A DNA stretch of 64,000 nucleotides, from contig CBFDEM010000024.1 of assembly GCA_965603825.1 (NCBI GenBank), positions 372,001 through 436,000 on the forward strand, read 5' to 3'. Source of the DNA: Blepharisma stoltei ATCC 30299. Its lineage: Eukaryota; Protista; Ciliophora. Below are positions 60,089 to 64,000 of this stretch, piece after piece (position 1 is the stretch's first letter; every line of letters starts with the position of its first letter). Made by a program: the position numbers and the translations under genes. The notes below the pieces were generated by a model that was not told the origin of the DNA, made no database searches, and saw nothing but the letters and a program-made list of their open reading frames with translations.

Positions 60089-60823
60089 ATGTGGAGACCA
60101 TTTGCTTCTAAATTTGCTACACATTCCTTTGACAATTATTCACATAACCTCGATAGAGCGGAAACAGCGCCTTTAACAACTATTAAAAGTAAAAAACAAG
60201 ACGTCATTTTGGACATGCTATTCCCTTTCAGGCAAAAAAAAGAAAAATCTGCTGAAAGAGCTCAAAAATTAGGAGAGCTCCAAGAGAAGGTCAAAAAGCA
60301 GAGACTCTTAATCAAGAAAAAAGATTTATTATATAAGCAAAGGAAAGAGTCAATAATAAAAAATCAAATTGAGAGTTTGAGCCTAGAAAAAGAGCAAAGA
60401 AAAAATGCTATGATCAAGATCAGAGCATTTGCTACTTCTACACCTAAAGTAAGAAAAAGAAGCATATCCCCTGTATCTAAATCTTTGAGTCCTATAGCCA
60501 AAAATGATGATATGTCCAATTTATTTTTTTTAACAGACATTAATAATACCCACAATAATGTTCACTTCTCGACCCCAAACCGAGTCAAGAGAAAACAATC
60601 TTTACCTCCAATTAAAAATAAACAATTTATATCTCTCAAAAATTATCAAGAAAAGCTTTTGAAGAGACTTGAATCCAAAACACCAACTTACTTAAAAAAA
60701 CTAAAAAGTGAATTTGATAAAATTAGAGAAGAGCATGATTTAACGTTTGCTGAATACCAAGAAAAAAAGAGATTGAGAAGGCATTCAGCTTTTCCTGTGA
60801 TTCGGTTCAAATCTCCACTATAA
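60089..60823 (+). CDS. Hypothetical basic coiled-coil protein, 244 aa
   Basis: Open frame ATG to TAA. Confidence 0.65.
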   Translation: MWRPFASKFATHSFDNYSHNLDRAETAPLTTIKSKKQDVILDMLFPFRQKKEKSAERAQKLGELQEKVKKQRLLIKKKDLLYKQRKESIIKNQIESLSLEKEQRKNAMIKIRAFATSTPKVRKRSISPVSKSLSPIAKNDDMSNLFFLTDINNTHNNVHFSTPNRVKRKQSLPPIKNKQFISLKNYQEKLLKRLESKTPTYLKKLKSEFDKIREEHDLTFAEYQEKKRLRRHSAFPVIRFKSPL

Positions 60824-61902
60824 TTGCATGATATTTATTGAATCTAATGCATAAGGCTTTAGATATATAATTAATGATTTTTCCCATTAATTATAATTTA
60901 ATTTTTCAAATTATTGTATTTATCTACCCATAAGATTATCAAATCGAAAAAAGAGTTTTTCTATGCAGATTTATTTGGAAAGATATTGCAAAAGTTAATT
61001 TTAAATGATATTAAGAATGATTTGGGACCTCCGTTTCTTCTTTATGTATTGATAAATAATTTTGCATAAGAAAATCGTAAATTAATTCTGCACCCCGTGA
61101 TCTAGGCCAGAAAAGATACACTAATACAATAAATTTGATCGGATAGTAGTATGGTACCCAAAAGAATAAACTTGTCCGAAGCTGATCCAATACGCTATAG
61201 CATGCAAATATTATTCAATATGCTATTCATTGCTTCTTATCTTGCTGCGATTTTTTTTCAATTGAGGAAAAACTCATATATGCAGGATATAAAATGCCAA
61301 GCAAATCTATTATGCCCTTATCAAAAAATCCTATGATTACCAAAAAGAATGCTCAAAGAGTTACCAGGAATACAACAAATGAGGGCTGAACTTTTATTTT
61401 TTGACTAATCCACGAAATAATTGGAATTTCGCTGAAATCAGAATTCAAAGACTCTATGAAATTATCTTTTTCCATTTTATCAGAACAAAAATGGAAGGCT
61501 AATGCTCTGTAGTTCTGATTGAATGCTCAAGATAACGATAGAAATTAATTTATAATAGATTCTATGAAAACCTTTAATTTTTAAGCTATCGAGCTAAGAA
61601 AAATAATTAGCTATCTGTATGTGAATAGTCCGATAGACTATTTAGGGACTTTAAACGAAATTAAAATTACATTGTAAGCTAAATATAGTATTTAATTGAT
61701 AAGGCAAGCAGATTTTATATAATTCAGGCTTTCAACATTTAGAAAAATTGAAAATATATATCAATTGTTTCATTGGAACACCTTCACACTTAGCTTTCCT
61801 CTCTTGCTTATTTGACAGTTTTATAAGAAATTTTTAAAATTATTTTCTGTGCTATTGAAATTTTTATTTCGACAAATTTTTTTTAATTAACTCTTATTTT
61901 AA

Positions 61903-62478
61903 TTATTTTGATTTCAGCTTTCTAATTTCCGGTCCTGTGACTCTTTTTGTTGACTGGTTCTGCTTTTGTGATGATTTCTTTTTGAGATATGGGAAGCAGG
62001 CATTATTTTTCATGTAAGCTATATTAAAGTAAGTAAATTCTCCCATATCCTTATGAAAAGCCCATGTGTCTGAAGACAATGTTCTATAAAACTTTGGATT
62101 TCTGCTCTTATTAGGAGCCTCTATATGAGGACCAAGAGGGGTAAATCTATTATATGGATATCCATCCTTACGCGAAGTGCCCATCATTTGGTCTTGCTTG
62201 ACAAGCTTTGTTTTCCATAAATCACATGATTCGGTATTTTTATTGAAAATTTTTGCTCTGATGCTTGCATTTTGCAGCGAAGTTTGTGGGTCTAAAATTC
62301 CACCTTTTTTGAGATCAGTTATTGACATTGATTTGTTGTTCAGGAAAGGAAAGATTTCTGTCCTTTGGAAAAATCCTTCTCCTGTAGATCTCAATGATCC
62401 GAGAGCTCCTTGCTTGAGGTTAGTTGTATAAGCCAGTGGCAACCTTTCTTTTTCATACATTAGATTACTTATTAGCAT
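61903..62478 (-). CDS. Hypothetical basic protein, 191 aa
   Basis: Open frame ATG to TAA, coding-like GC. Confidence 0.7.
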   Translation of the reverse strand: MLISNLMYEKERLPLAYTTNLKQGALGSLRSTGEGFFQRTEIFPFLNNKSMSITDLKKGGILDPQTSLQNASIRAKIFNKNTESCDLWKTKLVKQDQMMGTSRKDGYPYNRFTPLGPHIEAPNKSRNPKFYRTLSSDTWAFHKDMGEFTYFNIAYMKNNACFPYLKKKSSQKQNQSTKRVTGPEIRKLKSK

Positions 62479-63064
62479 TTTTTTGGTTGTACTCAGTGAG
62501 TTAAATTAATTCAAAATACTACCAATTAAAAGAAATTGATAATATTCAATAAAAAGCTTTTCCCTGCGTTTAAAATAAAAGCATTTATAGGCTATTGAGA
62601 CCAATAAAGCAGCGATGTATTATGAATTATTGCCATCAAGATACATCTATATAAATATATTTTCATCAGTATATGATTCAAAAAGAAATTCCTTTCATTA
62701 ACTGAGTAAAAATAATGCAATAGAAGCCTGACTAACTCTTGTACATAATTGCGTAGGCACAGCTAAAAAATTTTTTAAAGCGATTATTTATTATTAAGAA
62801 TTTAAAAATATATATATTTAATTTAGAAATAGTAAAAAATCTAATCAATTTTTAAATAGCTTCACGCTATAATTATTTATTTTGCATGATTAGTATCCGT
62901 TTTATTTATATGCTTTTGAGAATTTATTATTCAACTAATTGAATTGCTTTAAGCTAAATAAATCTAGCAGCACTTAGGATTAACTTAATTCTATAACAAT
63001 ATAAGTGATTTTCAATGAAAAATAAACTGAAATAGATAAAGAAGAAAATTGTATATATATTCAC

Positions 63065-63619
63065 TTAAATTAGAACACATTTGCACTTGTTATTATGAAA
63101 ATCTTGAATCTGAGGGCCTAAAATACTAATTTGATATGTTTTACTGAGTTCTTCAACTTCTTCTATTGCCTTTTTCCCTCGATCATCGTTTTGCGATTTA
63201 TTTTTAGTTCTATTTAGCGCAAGTGCAATTTCTTGTACAGACTCTATTTGACTATTTATTTCTTGACCAGTTTTCTTCTTAGCAGATGTTTGATAGCCTT
63301 CCCTTATCATATTATAAATTTCCCAAAACTCTTCATTCCAAGAATCCTGATAGTCTGAGCCCAGTTCGTTAAATTTTGAAGTTGCTTCTCCAATAAGGTT
63401 TTGTGATGTCAAATCTTCGGCTTTCCTTGCAAGCTGATGCAAACCATTGATAATCGAATCTTCAAGAGCTATATATTGGTTTAAGAGAACTTCTAACTCG
63501 GCCCTGATGATATTAGGGACTTTGAGTTGGTCAACAATAGATTCTAAAACTATTAATCGGTCTTCTAAGTCATCTATATCTCCGATTTGAGTCTCCATAG
63601 TATCAGACAAGTCAGCCAT
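63065..63619 (-). CDS. Helical protein with C-terminal CaaX box, 184 aa
   Basis: Acidic helical ORF ending KCKCVLI. Confidence 0.7.
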   Translation of the reverse strand: MADLSDTMETQIGDIDDLEDRLIVLESIVDQLKVPNIIRAELEVLLNQYIALEDSIINGLHQLARKAEDLTSQNLIGEATSKFNELGSDYQDSWNEEFWEIYNMIREGYQTSAKKKTGQEINSQIESVQEIALALNRTKNKSQNDDRGKKAIEEVEELSKTYQISILGPQIQDFHNNKCKCVLI

Positions 63620-64000
63620 TAGGCAATAAAATAACTTTAATTAGAGAAGTATTCAAATCAAGGCTTATTCCATTAAGTGAAATGGCAAAATGTCTAAATT
63701 TATCCTTAAATTCAGATATATATCAGATTTTAATAAAATATGCACTCTTCATATAAGATATCATGATATTATTACTATCAAGTACGGTCTTTTATTTGCC
63801 TTAGAAAATAAATTCTTTATTTGAGGTTGCATAAAATATATCCTTATGTGAATAATATTTTTAAATCAATTTTCGAGATTTTTATATCTAATTTTAATTT
63901 TCTTTATGTAATTAATTGATGAGTTTAGTTCTCCAGAATACTATTCGCTCCCAATATTCTGCTACTCCATGATTGAAGCCTTCTCCATCTTGGAACATCA

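Noticed and set aside
1-64000. Mycoplasma-type bacterial or mitochondrial origin (also UGA=Trp)
   Set aside because: Spliceosomal introns and eukaryotic nuclear genes (Rab, Ras, cyclin, proteasome, Mob1, TTLL); tRNA lacks encoded CCA and has a Pol III T-run
1-64000. Transposons, telomeric repeats, CRISPR arrays, rRNA
   Set aside because: None recognised; repetitive signal is protein-level (MORN, coiled coil, GAF)

Overview
Gene-dense, AT-rich eukaryotic nuclear DNA, most consistent with the macronuclear genome of a heterotrich ciliate, probably Blepharisma (inference). Two properties explain why the supplied ORF track is fragmented. First, in-frame TGA falls at conserved Trp positions, so UGA=Trp and only TAA/TAG stop. 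Second, genes carry 15-nt (one 16-nt) spliceosomal introns, all with A at position 10. Re-reading with these rules gives about 45 protein genes and one tRNA-Ser(GCU). They include MORN-repeat proteins, an allantoinase-fold protein lacking its metal ligands, Ras and Rab GTPases, PDK1, GTPBP1/2, cytochrome c, a cyclin, an AGC kinase, proteasome alpha6, an MFS transporter, two sterol-desaturase-family paralogs, TMEM41/VTT, FUN14, Mob1, DUF229, a METTL21-family methyltransferase, an SDR, a multi-GAF/PAS phosphodiesterase and a TTLL6-like glutamylase. Main oddities: three same-strand gene junctions with -1, 0 and +1 nt spacing, a probable GC-AG 15-nt intron, a stop-free intron invisible to ORF finders, an mS38-like small gene absent from the ORF track, and a relic duplicate of a gene start. 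All family assignments come from motif recognition by eye; no searches were run.
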